Part shown: positions 12,821 through 25,019 of the stretch, piece by piece | Position numbering within the stretch: position 1 is the stretch's first letter | Layout of the letters: each line of letters begins with the position of its first letter | Origin: the human T2T-CHM13v2.0 reference genome, Homo sapiens | NCBI GenBank assembly: GCA_009914755.4 | Contig: CP068257.2 | Location: 21,920,001 to 21,984,000, forward strand | Direction of reading: 5' to 3' | DNA: 64,000 nt | Translations under genes and position numbers: made by a program | The notes under the pieces: generated by a model | What the model saw: the letters and a program-made list of their open reading frames with translations, nothing else | What the model was told of the DNA's origin: nothing | The model's database searches: none

Positions 12821-15800
12821 TTATGTGTAGAATATTAGACTCTGCATGGTTTGCTTTCCTTAACCTCTAGTATAATTTTGTAGCCACATCTAAGGAATAT
12901 CTAACCATTCTGATAGCAGACATGTCATCTAATATTTGCAGTTGTCCAGATTACAGAAGTTTTTCCCAATCAATGGAAATCTGTAACACTAAAAATGTTA
13001 GATTATAGAATTGTCCTCAATGACAATTTTATTTATTTGAAAATAATATTTTTATCTCTACCCCATTTTAAGCTCTTTCATAGTAGCATTTGCCCCCAAT
13101 GAGGTATCGGGACCACTGTAACTAAAGAAGACAATCTATCAATCTGATGTATCCTTTAAAAATTATTCCTTTAATAGTATTCGGAGATTATAATAACACA
13201 ATATATTCAGTTTCACAGAATATGAAATTCAAAGCCCAAAACTGCAAGTCACCTGGCTCTCACTCTTGAGATTCTATCTATGATATTTTCAACACAAAGA
13301 GAGCAGGCTGTTTTCACTATCTGCTAGATAAATACAGAAACTATTTCTTTAGCATCACATTTTACCTACTAAATCCAACATGCCTATTATTGTAATCATC
13401 AACTAACAGGTAAGCATATTCTCTGCCATGTGAGAGTTTTATACATTCTTTTATCTGAACATTCCATTGCTACTTATTTCACCAATACCAACTCTTATGG
13501 ATTTTTTCTTTAAGTCAACTGTACTTTTAAGTTTTAGCCTCTTCACTCAACTCTCTTTCTTTGCCTTAATTAAAATATGGCCAACCCCTAGAAAGACAGC
13601 TTCCCTTGTAGCACTCTGAACAAAAGAGATGCTCCTTTATCATATGCCATATAACTATCCCCCAAAGCTATCTTGTATATATTTTTCACTGGACAATCCT
13701 CTGGGCACCACAGCAGCACTGAATGTATTCTTTCATTGGTTCCTATCACTCAGCTAAACTATTCATTACACCCAATTCATTACCCTAACATCCATAATGC
13801 TTAGATACACAAATAAATATATTGGATTCTTCCTACTTCATACATTTTACATGTCACAATATCTTAAAAATCATTTCATATGTCACGATGCTTATAAGCA
13901 ATACTTCTTATTAATAATATTTTATCTGTCTGCCTTCATTAGAGATGTACTTTAATAAAAGATATTTGTAAAGGGAAAAACAGATGACACATTTGAATTA
14001 ACAATTCCTTATTACCTTTGGCTTAATCTTGCCTTGATGATGTATTTATGCATATTGACGAGAGTAGAGTGAGGGCTATTGTAATGATGTGTTTTACAAT
14101 GGCATTATTATTTCTGTATTCTCTTAAGAGATGTTAAGACTGGATTAAGAATCTCAGAGCACACACATAGGTCATCAGTAATCTCTAAAACATATCTCAG
14201 TAAACTAAAGGAACCGTGTCAAAATATGTTTTCCTGAAACAGTTTGATAATTTCAAAAACTTTTCTCCACTTAACGTAGTTGTTGGAAAATCTTTCTACA
14301 TCTTTTCAAGTGTGAATTACCTCGGATCAGAGTAACATAGACAGAGGAACATTAGGTTTTTTTGATTTTTTGTTTTTGTTTTTCTTACAGATTTTAATAT
14401 TAGTCAATCAGATTCAATATAAAATATTGATTCTAACTGAAATGACTCTATATGTTTCAAAGAAGAATTAAAATATTTCTCCATCAGTCCATGTATGACT
14501 TATTATTCTGTTGCATTGTACAAATAAAGTGTTATAGAAACGAGAAGTTCAATATTTTGGAGGCTAGAAGGCTAAGATTTACTACACTGTTCTATGACCT
14601 TTAATGCTAGCATTTATAAAATAAATTCACTAATTCCTTGTATGTTTATCATTTCATGGAGGATTTGAAAAAAATGATATTCAGTTAAATGCATTGAATT
14701 TAAAAACATTTTATGATGAACAAATAAATGTATACATTATGTTTAAATATAAAACACATATTAATTAAATATAGGCAACATTTTATTAAAAAGTTTAAGT
14801 GCTTAGTTACTTCAAAATATTGAAATCCAAAAACTGCTTTGCTTTCACCTTTTTTTTTAAATTAAATTTCCCCTTTCTGTTGGTTTATGTTAGTTCCTGT
14901 ACGTCTTCAAATTGACTCTTAGAATTCTTTTTACTGGAAAAAAATTAATAAAAATGTTGCATGCAATAAAGAAGAATATTATTAGGAAAAATTAATCTTG
15001 ACTTTCTTCACCTTTTCAATATTAATTTTAACTTTCATATTGAATTTTAATTATTTGGTACCATTATTAAAATTTTCTAGTGTACTTACCTTAAAATTGT
15101 ACAGAAAGCACTTACTTTATTACAAATGTAAAATAATTACAATAAGCAGTATTTGTTTATGTTGAATTTCTACCTTTTTACTCTTTCAAACTGTCTATGG
15201 TTTATCGACTGCTACTTTTACTAAAGAAAAGTGACTCTTTTTAATGATATCATTAGTGATATATATATATAAAATACAAATCACCTGTTAATTTAGCAAT
15301 GTAAAATGTGGCTTCTAAGGAATTGCATTTTAGTAATGACCTTCTTGCAAATTTTTTTAATGTTAGAAGTATTTGTAGATAAAAATACTTTCTAAATAAA
15401 TTGAATGTTGGTCTCTGTCTGGAATAAAACACTGAATCAAAAGGATCTACACTGCCATCTTCTGTCATGTATGGTATCAGATAAATATCTCCAAGTAAAA
15501 TGACTGAAAAAATTTTATTAAATACATTAACTTCCCTCAAACTATTTCTTAGTGATTTGTTATATATGTTTACCCTTGATTTATACAAATTCATGTAACG
15601 TTTAGCTACTAATGATGAGTTTATAACCATGTAAGTTTATAACCATAAAGCCCTGTAAGACCTTTCCCATATTAACAATAAAGCAAGCTGTACTTCTTTA
15701 AATAAATGAATATTTTTAAAAAGGATAAACAGACTGTATTTTATAGGGCATTCTGCCTTTAAACCCTTCCAGTCCATTACCTCCAATGGAATGATAGTGC

Positions 15801-18800
15801 ATTACATCAGTAGTCATTCATTGAACCAGTTTCTCTTATCTGGTGGACTTCTGCTGTTGATTATTATGCATTCATTTGGGAGAGAAGAATATAGTTACAT
15901 TTTAAAAAAGAAAAATATTAAATTTAAGAATTTAAGTTAATGGAGACGACACAAAGACAAATTCTGTAGAATATTTGTCAGAAACAAAAAACTGAAAAGT
16001 AAAGACAAGATTTATATTGATATGAATTGTATTGCTGGAATACGGAATCCATCCTTTGCTCTCTGTCTGTTCCCCAATTTAACAAATCCTCTTTAGAAAC
16101 GGGTCCTCCCCACCACACCAGGCTGCAAAGTAAAGTCTTGTTTAAGTGACTGCCCATGAGAATATTTATTCTACAATATTGAAAAATACCAAATGGGAAA
16201 GCATTTAGAAGACATATTTGAGGCTCTGTCAAAATATTCTATTATCTTTATTTCTCACAATACTCTAAATTGAAAAGAACCTGACATTAATTGACCTTGT
16301 GACATGCTGAAAATTTTATATTTAATAAATTTAAACATGAATTAAGCTTTTATAGTTTAAATAACTATACATTTTCTTTGAAAAATACATACCACATTAA
16401 TAACTGTGAGCTATAGAAAAGTAAACTTTAACATTATAGTAACCAAAATAAAAATTTTACTGAGATGGAATCTAAAATAGGATAAGCACATAGCAACCCT
16501 AAGTGACAGATTATCCAGTGGTTTTAACAATTTCTAAGTAATGATTCTTATTGTTAGCATAGCATATAGAAAGAAGTGAAAAAACGTTTTCCAGATAAAA
16601 TCATTATCTTTATCTATCATAATCTGTAGCATCAGAAGACTACATATAAATTTTTTAAAGTGTCTACGATTTGTTACTTATATATGTCTGAGAACAAGGT
16701 ATTTTTGGTCTGATTTCTCCTATTTCTGTATCACATATATTTTAGAAAAATAGATATTCTTTGGAGCCACAATTGTCATCAAATGTGCTTCTCACTTGAC
16801 ACAAATTAGTGAAATAGATTAATAGAAGGATATGCATCACTATTGGTATCACTATAGATAATTGTATATATTTGGAAAGCCAAATAACAATTCTAGAAGA
16901 CTTAAATAAATGCAAAACATATGTTCAGGAAAATATACAAATTATATCAAAAGACAATTTCCCACTGAGTTTTAAAATTAGATTAATTTAGACACAATTA
17001 TGATGACCTTGCAAAAATGCATTAAACTTTTTGATCTTTGGTTTTTTATGCTATAAAATCACAGGATTGTTTGGTAAAATCTAAATAAGTTAATATATAA
17101 TAGATACTGAAAATTAAAGAGTGATAGAGGTAGGAAAACAAATAAAGGTAGAGATAGAAGAAAAAAGGAAGAAAAAAAACTAAGAGAGACAGAGACTGAA
17201 TTAAAATAAGGACTTGCAAACAGAGTTTCAGGACAATACCCCAGTTGCTAATAGGCAAATTTGGGTTAATAGAAATGTAAGAGGTTCTGGACAACCAAGA
17301 ACAGAGGGAAAGAGGCAGAGCACTCTTTGGAGAAAAGTTCTTGGGCTTGTCCAGATTGTGAGACCATGATTCTTATTCATTGGCCCACGAGCTCTCAGTG
17401 CACAATACCCTTCTCTGAGAAGGAAGTGAGACAGCAGCAGGCTCAGTTGAGGTGAGGTTAAAGCAGCGCAGAGATATCTACTGGGAAAGCAAGTCTGTCA
17501 GCTAGCGTGCTACAGAACGTGAAGTCCAAGGATGAGGGATTCCTGGAATTTGGGGTTCCTGGTGCAAGGGCCATCACTGTCAAACTTTGCTCCAGGTGGT
17601 AGTTGGAAATAAAAATGTGTAGGGCTTCAGTTCTGATAACAGAGTTTACAAGAGAATCAAAGCCTAGAATACATGTAAAATAAGATATTACTTAGCTGAT
17701 CCCAGGTTCATGTTACAAATACTGTCCCCACTGTGGTGCAAAAAAAAAAAAAAAAGGGTTTGAATTTCTCTTGACCTCATAGTGTCAGTGTCAAGGTTAT
17801 GTTATCGTTTATTCAGCATAACCGGTAAGCTACTATAGTGTCCCTAAATTTAAAATGATCTTACTGTTTACATGAGATAGTGAGAAAAAAGTTAAAATTT
17901 TCTCATGGATTTTCTAATATTTACAGTCACACTGTTTTGAAGCTGAAAGCTATAGATGCTTGTTGTGAGAAGATTAAATGCCCTTAGAGTCCAATCTCGA
18001 GAACAAATTGACCCTAAATCCCCATTGACATTTTATATATGTGCAAGTATTGAACTTGAGACCATTGTACTGACTGGTTTTAATGAACATATCCATTATT
18101 TTAGCAGGATTTATTTTTCTGATATGTATCCATGTTTTCCTCCTGCTTAATGATGTTTATTCAATAGCAAACTAATAAAGATTCATACATTTGAATGCAG
18201 ATAAATAAATGTTATATGGGCAATATTTTTCTTTAAAAAATAATTTTTTCCAACAGACCTTGGTGGAGACATGGCTTTTATCAAAACCAGAACATAACAA
18301 TGTACATATACATTTTTGAAAATATAAAGTTGTTTTATGCAAGCCTGATAGTGTGCTTAGATAAAAATAAGTGTTTTATTATAATAAAATCTGAAATTTT
18401 TGAATTGAATATGTAATTGCAAGGCTTGCTTTTATTTAAATGTTTAATACTAATTATGGCTAATTAATATTTAGCATAAACCAGTATAACTAGTTTTAAT
18501 CCTTGTTATCATAGTGCTGAATTTTGTTCTTGTGAATATAAATTTAATTGATTGTTTATAGAGTAGTATAATCTTTTACTTTCAATATAATAAAAGAAGA
18601 AAAAACACTTTTACATATTATTGACAAAATATTTTAAAATGAATTACACTTGGATTTATTGTTTTCTTTATAACCCAAAGATGGAATCCAATGTCCCATA
18701 AAAATAATGTACATGTACACATATACTGAATGTTCGTTCATTAAAGGATTGTATTATAATCCATGTTAATCACGAAAACAAGAGGTAGATATATTTGGAA

Positions 18801-18999
18801 GTAGTTTACAAAATTCATTTTATGAAGATCTTACCATTCATTACCGGCTTTTAGCCATTCATTATTTGGGCTCTCCTAGTTACTAAATCTAAGTAAACTA
18901 TTGAATGCTGCCCTTTTCTGACTCTATGACAGAACGTGACCTAAAATATTGTTTGATGAAATGAATTTAGTGCAAGAAAAAGTATGAAATATTTGTCAT

Positions 19000-19700
19000 A
19001 CAGGACTATTCAAAGGTTTCATGATACCAAAAATGAAATCTAGAAAGAAACTAATTGATTAATTAAATGTCATAAAATGAACAGCTTTTTCAATATCAAA
19101 ATCATGTTAAAAGGATGAAAAGACAAGTTCTTACTGGGTGAAAATGTTTACAATCTATATATCCAGCAAAGGACTAGTATCTGAAACATATAAAGAGTTC
19201 TCAAAATTCAAAGCATAAAACAAAACAAAAAAAACCACGTAATTAGAAAGTGTGCAAAAGACATGAAGAAAAATTTTACCAAAGATTAAAAAAAAACAGC
19301 AAATTAGCAAATCAAAAGATGTTAAACTTCATTAGGTATCAAGAAAAGACAAACAAAAATAAGATATTACCATATATCTATCATTATAGTTAGAATAATG
19401 AAAAACAAAATAGTGATGGAATGCTGGTGAGGATGCAGAGAAACTATTCCATATACATTGTTGGTAGAATGTAAAATGGTGCAGCCATCCTAGAAAATCA
19501 TTTGGCAGTTTCTTAAAAACATGAAGTGTTCAATTTCCACACAAACCATTAATTGTATACTTGAGTATTTATTCCTTAGAAATTAAAATGATATTAACTT
19601 AAAAACCTTTACCTTGATATTCATATTAGCATTATTCATTATTGCAAAGCAATACTGAGGTTGCAGTTATAAACTAAGCTATACTTTTTATTGGAGTACT
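19000..19700 (+). mobile_element. L1 ORF2 3'-region fragment (old L1M/L1P)
   Basis: ..cttactgggtgaaaatgtttacaatctatatatccagcaaaggactagtatctgaaacatataaagag.., ..atggaatgctggtgaggatgcagagaaactattccatatacattgttggtagaatgtaaaatggtgcagccatcctagaaaatcatttggcagtttcttaaaaac.. and ..gcattattcattattgcaaag.. parallel the L1 ORF2 C-terminal region (..actgggtgaaaatatttgcaatacatatatctgacaaaggattagtatccag..gatgtggagaaattggaaccc..tgctggtgggaatgtaaaatggtgcagccactttgg..). The right boundary is uncertain. Confidence 0.55.
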
Positions 19701-20094
19701 CTCAACTAAAACAATTCCTTCACCTCAAAAATCATTATATTTGATTTTCCATCAAGCAAGTGCAAGCATAAGTACTTCAATTTCAGGATTCTGAACCCCT
19801 GGAGAACCTTAAGGAAAATTCTGAAAATATGCAAACAATTACAGTTATGAAAATAAGTTTGACCCACAAAATTCTGGAATATATTTTATTTATCCAGTTT
19901 TCTTTTCTATGATTCATTGTACCAGAGCATAAAACTTCATGTGAATACATTGTGAATTCAGAATTATCAATGTACTTTATCAATCTAAATACATCTTATG
20001 CCACATAAAGATGTTTTAGTTAATAATGAATAGCATATTTAGCAGATTATAATGGAGCTAAAAAATTCCTATTTCCTAATGACATTGTAGTTGT

Positions 20095-21140
20095 CATAAT
20101 GTCGCAACACAATGTGCTATTCATGTGTTTGTGGTGATGTCGGTGTAAACAAGCCTGCTGGGCCACCAGCATATAAAAGTATAGCACATACAATTATGTG
20201 CAGTACATAATATTTGATAATGATGATAAACAAATATGTTACTGGTTCATGTGTTTACTCTACTTTTTGTTATTATTTTAGAGTGTACTTCTACTTACAA
20301 GAAAATAGTTAACTGTAAACAGCCGCATGCAGATTTCTCAGGCGGTGTTTCATAAGAAGACATTGTTATAGGAGATGAAAACTCTACACCTGTTATTGCC
20401 CCTGAAAACCTTCCAAGGTGCCAAGATGTCTGGGTGGAAGACAATGATATTGATCATCCTGACCCTGTGTAAGCCTCAGCTAAGGTGTGTGTTTGTATCT
20501 AAGTTTTTAACAAAAAGCTTAAAAAATAAAAAAATAGAAAAAAGCTTATTAGAATAAGGACATAGAAAAGAAAATCTTTTCTGTATAGTTGTGCAATATG
20601 TATTTTAAGCTGTTATTACAAAAAGTCAAATAGTTAAAAAATTTAAAAAGTTTGTAAAGTAAAAAAATTACACTAAGCTAATGTTAATTTATTATTGAAG
20701 AAAAAATATTTTGTGTACATTTAATGTAGCCCAAGTGTACAGTATTTATGAAGTCTACAGGAGTGTACAGTAATGTTTTGGGTCTTTATGTTCACTCCAC
20801 TCACTCTCTGACTTATTCAGAGCCACTTCTGTTCCTGCAAGCTACATTCATTATGAGTTTCCTATACAGATGTACCATTTTTATCCTTGATACAGAATTT
20901 TAATGTATCTTTTCTATGTTTAGATACACAAATACTTACCATTACAATTGCCTACAGTTTTCAGTACATAATGCTGTACAGGTTTGTACCTAGAAACAAT
21001 AGGCTATACCATATAGTCTAAGTGTGTAGTAGACTGTACCATCTAAGTCTGTGTAAGTAAATGCTATGCTGCCTGCACAATGAATACATTGCCTAAGGAT
21101 GCAATTCTTAAAATGTATCCCTGTCTTTAAGTGACATATG
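20095..21140 (+). mobile_element. Interspersed repeat of a family I recognise but cannot confidently name (possibly ERV-internal or DNA-transposon derived)
   Basis: Matches a recurrent human repeat consensus I recall. Shared motifs: ..gtcggtgtaaacaagcctgctgggccaccagcatataaaagtatagcacatacaattatgtgcagtacataatatttgataatgatgataaac.., ..gatattgatcatcctgaccctgtgtaagcctcagctaaggtgtgtgtttgt.., ..gtgtacagtaatgttttgggtctttatgttcactccactcactc.., ..ctgtacaggtttgtacctagaaacaataggctataccatatagtctaagtgtgtagtagactgtaccatctaagtctgtgtaagtaaatgc.. and ..ccctgtctttaagtgacatatga... Confidence 0.45.
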
Positions 21141-21361
21141 ATAGTGTCAAAGGGATCAAAATCCTTTATCATCACAGTGAAGTTATTTGGAAAACACAGA
21201 AAGTTACTTTCGTCTGGTTTCCATACTAATCCACGCAAAGAAAATTCAAGAGTTTAGTGTTTTGTTTTTTCTTAAAATGTAAATGCAGAAAAAAGACAAC
21301 ATTAGACTGTAAATATCAATTATATATTAAGACCTTTTATTTAAAAAAAAAAAACAAAGAT

Positions 21362-21741
<380 letters not shown>

Positions 21742-21751
21742 TCATGCATAA

Positions 21752-22062
21752 AAAATTGTGAAAAATGAGTGAGGGACAGCTGCCTATTAGCTGTGCATCT
21801 GTCAGTGCTATATCATTTTGATCTCAACAAATATAAAATCCACTGAAATTTTGAGGCCTTTTATTTAGTAGCTCAATTATGACACTGAAAGAATGAAATA
21901 AACTGAAAGTGAACAAAGAAGAGATAGAATACCATAGTAGCTTAGAGCTTATATTTTTGGAAGAGATAAAATTAAATGTAAATTCCGACTTGCCCACTTG
22001 CTGGTAATTATCATCTTTGGGCTTCATTGTTATCCACAATGTATTATAAACATACATATATA
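21752..22062. repeat. Copy A of a ~300-bp local direct duplication (non-TE-like)
   Basis: gagggacagctgcctattagctgtgcatctgtcagtgctatatcattttgatctc...ccgacttgcccacttgctggtaattatcatctttgggcttcattgttatccacaatgtattataaacatacatatata. By my manual count it is ~94% identical to 23606-23904. Confidence 0.8.
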
Positions 22063-22088
22063 AATTTGTTCTGTGAAAAATATATTCC

Positions 22089-22408
22089 CGGCCGGGAACT
22101 GTGGCTCACACTTGTAATCCCAGCACTTTGGGAGGCCAAGCGGAGTGGATCACGAGGTCAGGAGACCGAGACCATCCTGGCTAACACGGTGAAACCCCGT
22201 CGCTACTAAAAATACAAAAAAAAAAAAAAAGAAAAAAAAATTAGCTGGGCGTGGTGGCGGGCGCCTGTGGTCCCAGCTGCTCAGGAGGCTGAGGCAGGAG
22301 AACGGCGTGAACCTGAGAGGTGGAGCTTGCAGTAAGCCTAGATTGCGCCACTGCACTCCAGCCTGGGCAACAGAGCGAGAACCCGTCTCAAAAAAAAGAA
22401 AAAAAAAT
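22089..22408 (+). mobile_element. Alu (AluS/Y), sense
   Basis: cggccgggaactgtggctcacacttgtaatcccagcactttgggaggccaagcggagtggatcacgaggtcaggagaccgagaccatcctggctaacacggtgaaaccccgtc...gcctgggcaacagagcgagaacccgtctcaaaaaaaagaaaaaaaaa. Confidence 0.95.
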
Positions 22409-22850
22409 TTCCAGAAAAATCATCTAAATGAGACTCAAACTCAGCTTTAAGGATGTTTGTCCACATAGGATGTGCTGTCATCTATAATCTGAGTCTCCCT
22501 TATCAATATTCCATAAAAGTCCAGGAAAATCTAACATCTCATTAAAAGATGCAGAATGCTATGGATGTAATACTAGGGTAAAACACTTAAAAATAGTGGA
22601 TGAATTAAAGTTCACATGGCTAAAATAATGTTCTGTTTCTTTGTATCCCTTCTTTATGTTCAATATTATTTTTTAAAATATGTAAACAAAACATAATTTC
22701 AAAATATGGTCTTAATTTCTCACTCAAAATTCACTGAAATCTGAGACCAGATGGTAATGCATACGTTTACATGTGAACAAAGCTTTTCTGGAAAGTGCAT
22801 GTGATGAAAAACTGTGGTTTTGGGAACCCTAGTGTGTGTTCACCAGAGTG

Positions 22851-23289
22851 CAGTAGTCACCCCATTCTCTGCAGTTTCACCTTGTGTGGTTTCAGATAAC
22901 TGTGGTCAACCATGGTCCAAAAATATTACATGGAACATTCCAGAAATAAACAATTCATGTTTTAAATTGTATGCCTTCTGGGTAGCATGATGAAATTTTG
23001 TGCTACCCCACTCTGTCCTGCCTAGGACACGGATCATCCCTTTCTCCAGAGTAGCCACACTGTAGGCGCTCCCTGCCCTTTAGTAGCCACCTGGGTTATC
23101 ACACAGACTGTCATGGTGGTGCAATAATCCATAAAGTGATTCCTTTAAGTTAAAAGGTGAAACTTTACCATAGGTCTGTTTGTATGTGTAGGAAAAAAAG
23201 TATCTCTACTGTCCAGTACTATTCAGAATTTTCGGCATCCTCTGGGGGTCTTAGAATGTGTATCCTGCAAATAAGGGGAGACTAATGTG
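22851..23289 (+). mobile_element. Tigger-derived non-autonomous DNA transposon (Tigger1 deletion derivative, MER28-like)
   Basis: The 5' ~330 bp parallels the Tigger1 5' end as I recall it (CAGTAGTCCCCCCTTATCCGCGG..GGTTTCAGTTACCCGCGGTCAACCGCGGTCCGAAAATATTAAATGGAAAATTCCAGAAATAAACAATTCAT..GTGCTTCCTTTAAGTGAAAAGGTGAAAG). The window reads cagtagtcaccccattctctgcag..ggtttcagataactgtggtcaaccatggtccaaaaatattacatggaacattccagaaataaacaattcat..gtgattcctttaagttaaaaggtgaaac. The 3' end, ..ggcatcctctgggggtcttagaatgtgtatcctgcaaataaggggagactaatgtg, resembles the Tigger 3' terminus (..ggcatccactgggggtcttggaacg..cgcggataaggggggactactgta). Confidence 0.6.
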
Positions 23290-23605
23290 TTTAGTAATTT
23301 TTTGTTACGGTTGAATAATTCATTTTTCAAGTTGTTCTTACAGATTTCCTACTGCCATGTGGAGGTGGATAAATTTCAATATAGCAATGAAGACAATTTG
23401 TCACAGCCTTGATTGGATTGCTATGATTAACCAATATTTAGTGAATTATAAAAGTAGGTTTGTGATAATCTATAATAAAAATAGGAAGAATTTAATGACA
23501 AGTATAATCATGATAATATCTTGCATGATTTTTAATATTATACCTATAGCAGCAGAGTTATATGAGAAGCCATAAATTGGATTCATTATAATTTTCCTCC
23601 ATAAC

Positions 23606-23904
23606 CTGTAAAATTGAGGGACAGCTGCCTATTAGCTGTGCATCTGTCAGTGCTGTATCATTTTGGTCTCTACGAATATAAAATCCACTGAAATTTTGAG
23701 ACCTTTTATTTAGTAGCTCAATTATGACACTGAAAGAATGAAATGAATTGAAAATGAACAAAGAGGAGATAGAATACCATAGTAGCTAAGAACTTATATT
23801 TTTGGAAGAGATAAAATTAGATTTAAATTCCGACTTGCCCACTTTCTGGTTAATTATCATCTTTGGGTTTCATTGTTATCCACAATGTATTATAAACATA
23901 TATA
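23606..23904. repeat. Copy B of the ~300-bp local direct duplication
   Basis: gagggacagctgcctattagctgtgcatctgtcagtgctgtatcattttggtctc...ccgacttgcccactttctggttaattatcatctttgggtttcattgttatccacaatgtattataaacatatatata. About 17 substitutions plus 1 indel relative to copy A. Confidence 0.8.
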
Positions 23905-25019
23905 TAGTAGTGAATACTAAATAATATGTCATGTATATCATACTTTACTCATTGCCTTACATAAATTATATGAAAATTCACATGTATATTTATTTACATA
24001 TAAGTATATAATTATTAAAAAGATTTTCTTCCTATAGTATTCATTATCAAATGCTGTTATTTTAATAAATAGCCAGTTCTCTTAAAATTACACATGCAAA
24101 AATTATTGTTGAAAAAACTACTCAAATAGAAAGCTGTTGTTTATTTGGGGCCATCATCATCTTCATTCAGTTATACCAAGTGTATCAAAATTAAACCAAA
24201 TTATAAAAGAAATTTAATTTTAAAAGGAAAATATCAGGGGCCATGCTTGAGTTTATTTTTTGAACCTTTTATATTTACTTCACCATACAATATTAAAGTT
24301 CATATTACTATATCTCCAATTCAGTGCAAAATAAATGCATGCCTGCTGGAACATATCAAATTACTTTCACTGTGTTTGTAATTGTACGTTATAATGTTCA
24401 CTTAAGCAGACTACCTGACTAATCATAAAAGTTTACTCCAAAATGTTCTAGATTAATGGAGATTTTGCCATATATCTCACAGCTTAGTTTGAGAGGTTAC
24501 AGCATATACTTAATCACTGATAATTTTCTAAATTTTTTATTGTGAAATGTGCAGTGTTGAAAGTTCTCAGTTCTTGTGACTTGTTTTCGAATCGTTCATT
24601 TCTAATTTATGTAAGTAGCTTTTTTTTTAACCAGCAATTTCATAAAGTAGAAGAGGTTATACTAACGCTGCTTTGAACAACAATTTTAATGTTGTTATCG
24701 TTAGGTGCTCATTATTTTTCCTGCTTTTACTATCAATAAATATATATCAGTGAGAGCTTTTCTCATGGGAATCCAGAAATGAACTCTCCAGTAAGTGTAA
24801 GAGGGAGATAGGCACATCCTCATCAAATCTTCATAGATTAACACCTTGAAGCAAGATGATAATATGACTAATTTCCTGTATCCAATACGTTTTGCCTCTG
24901 CAGTTGCACATGACAAGTCCTGCACAGCTTAATGAATACTTCTCTGGAAATATGGGACTCCAGGCTTCTCGCGTCCATTTATTGCACCTAGGTTTCTCCA
25001 TCCTTTTACATCCAAACGA

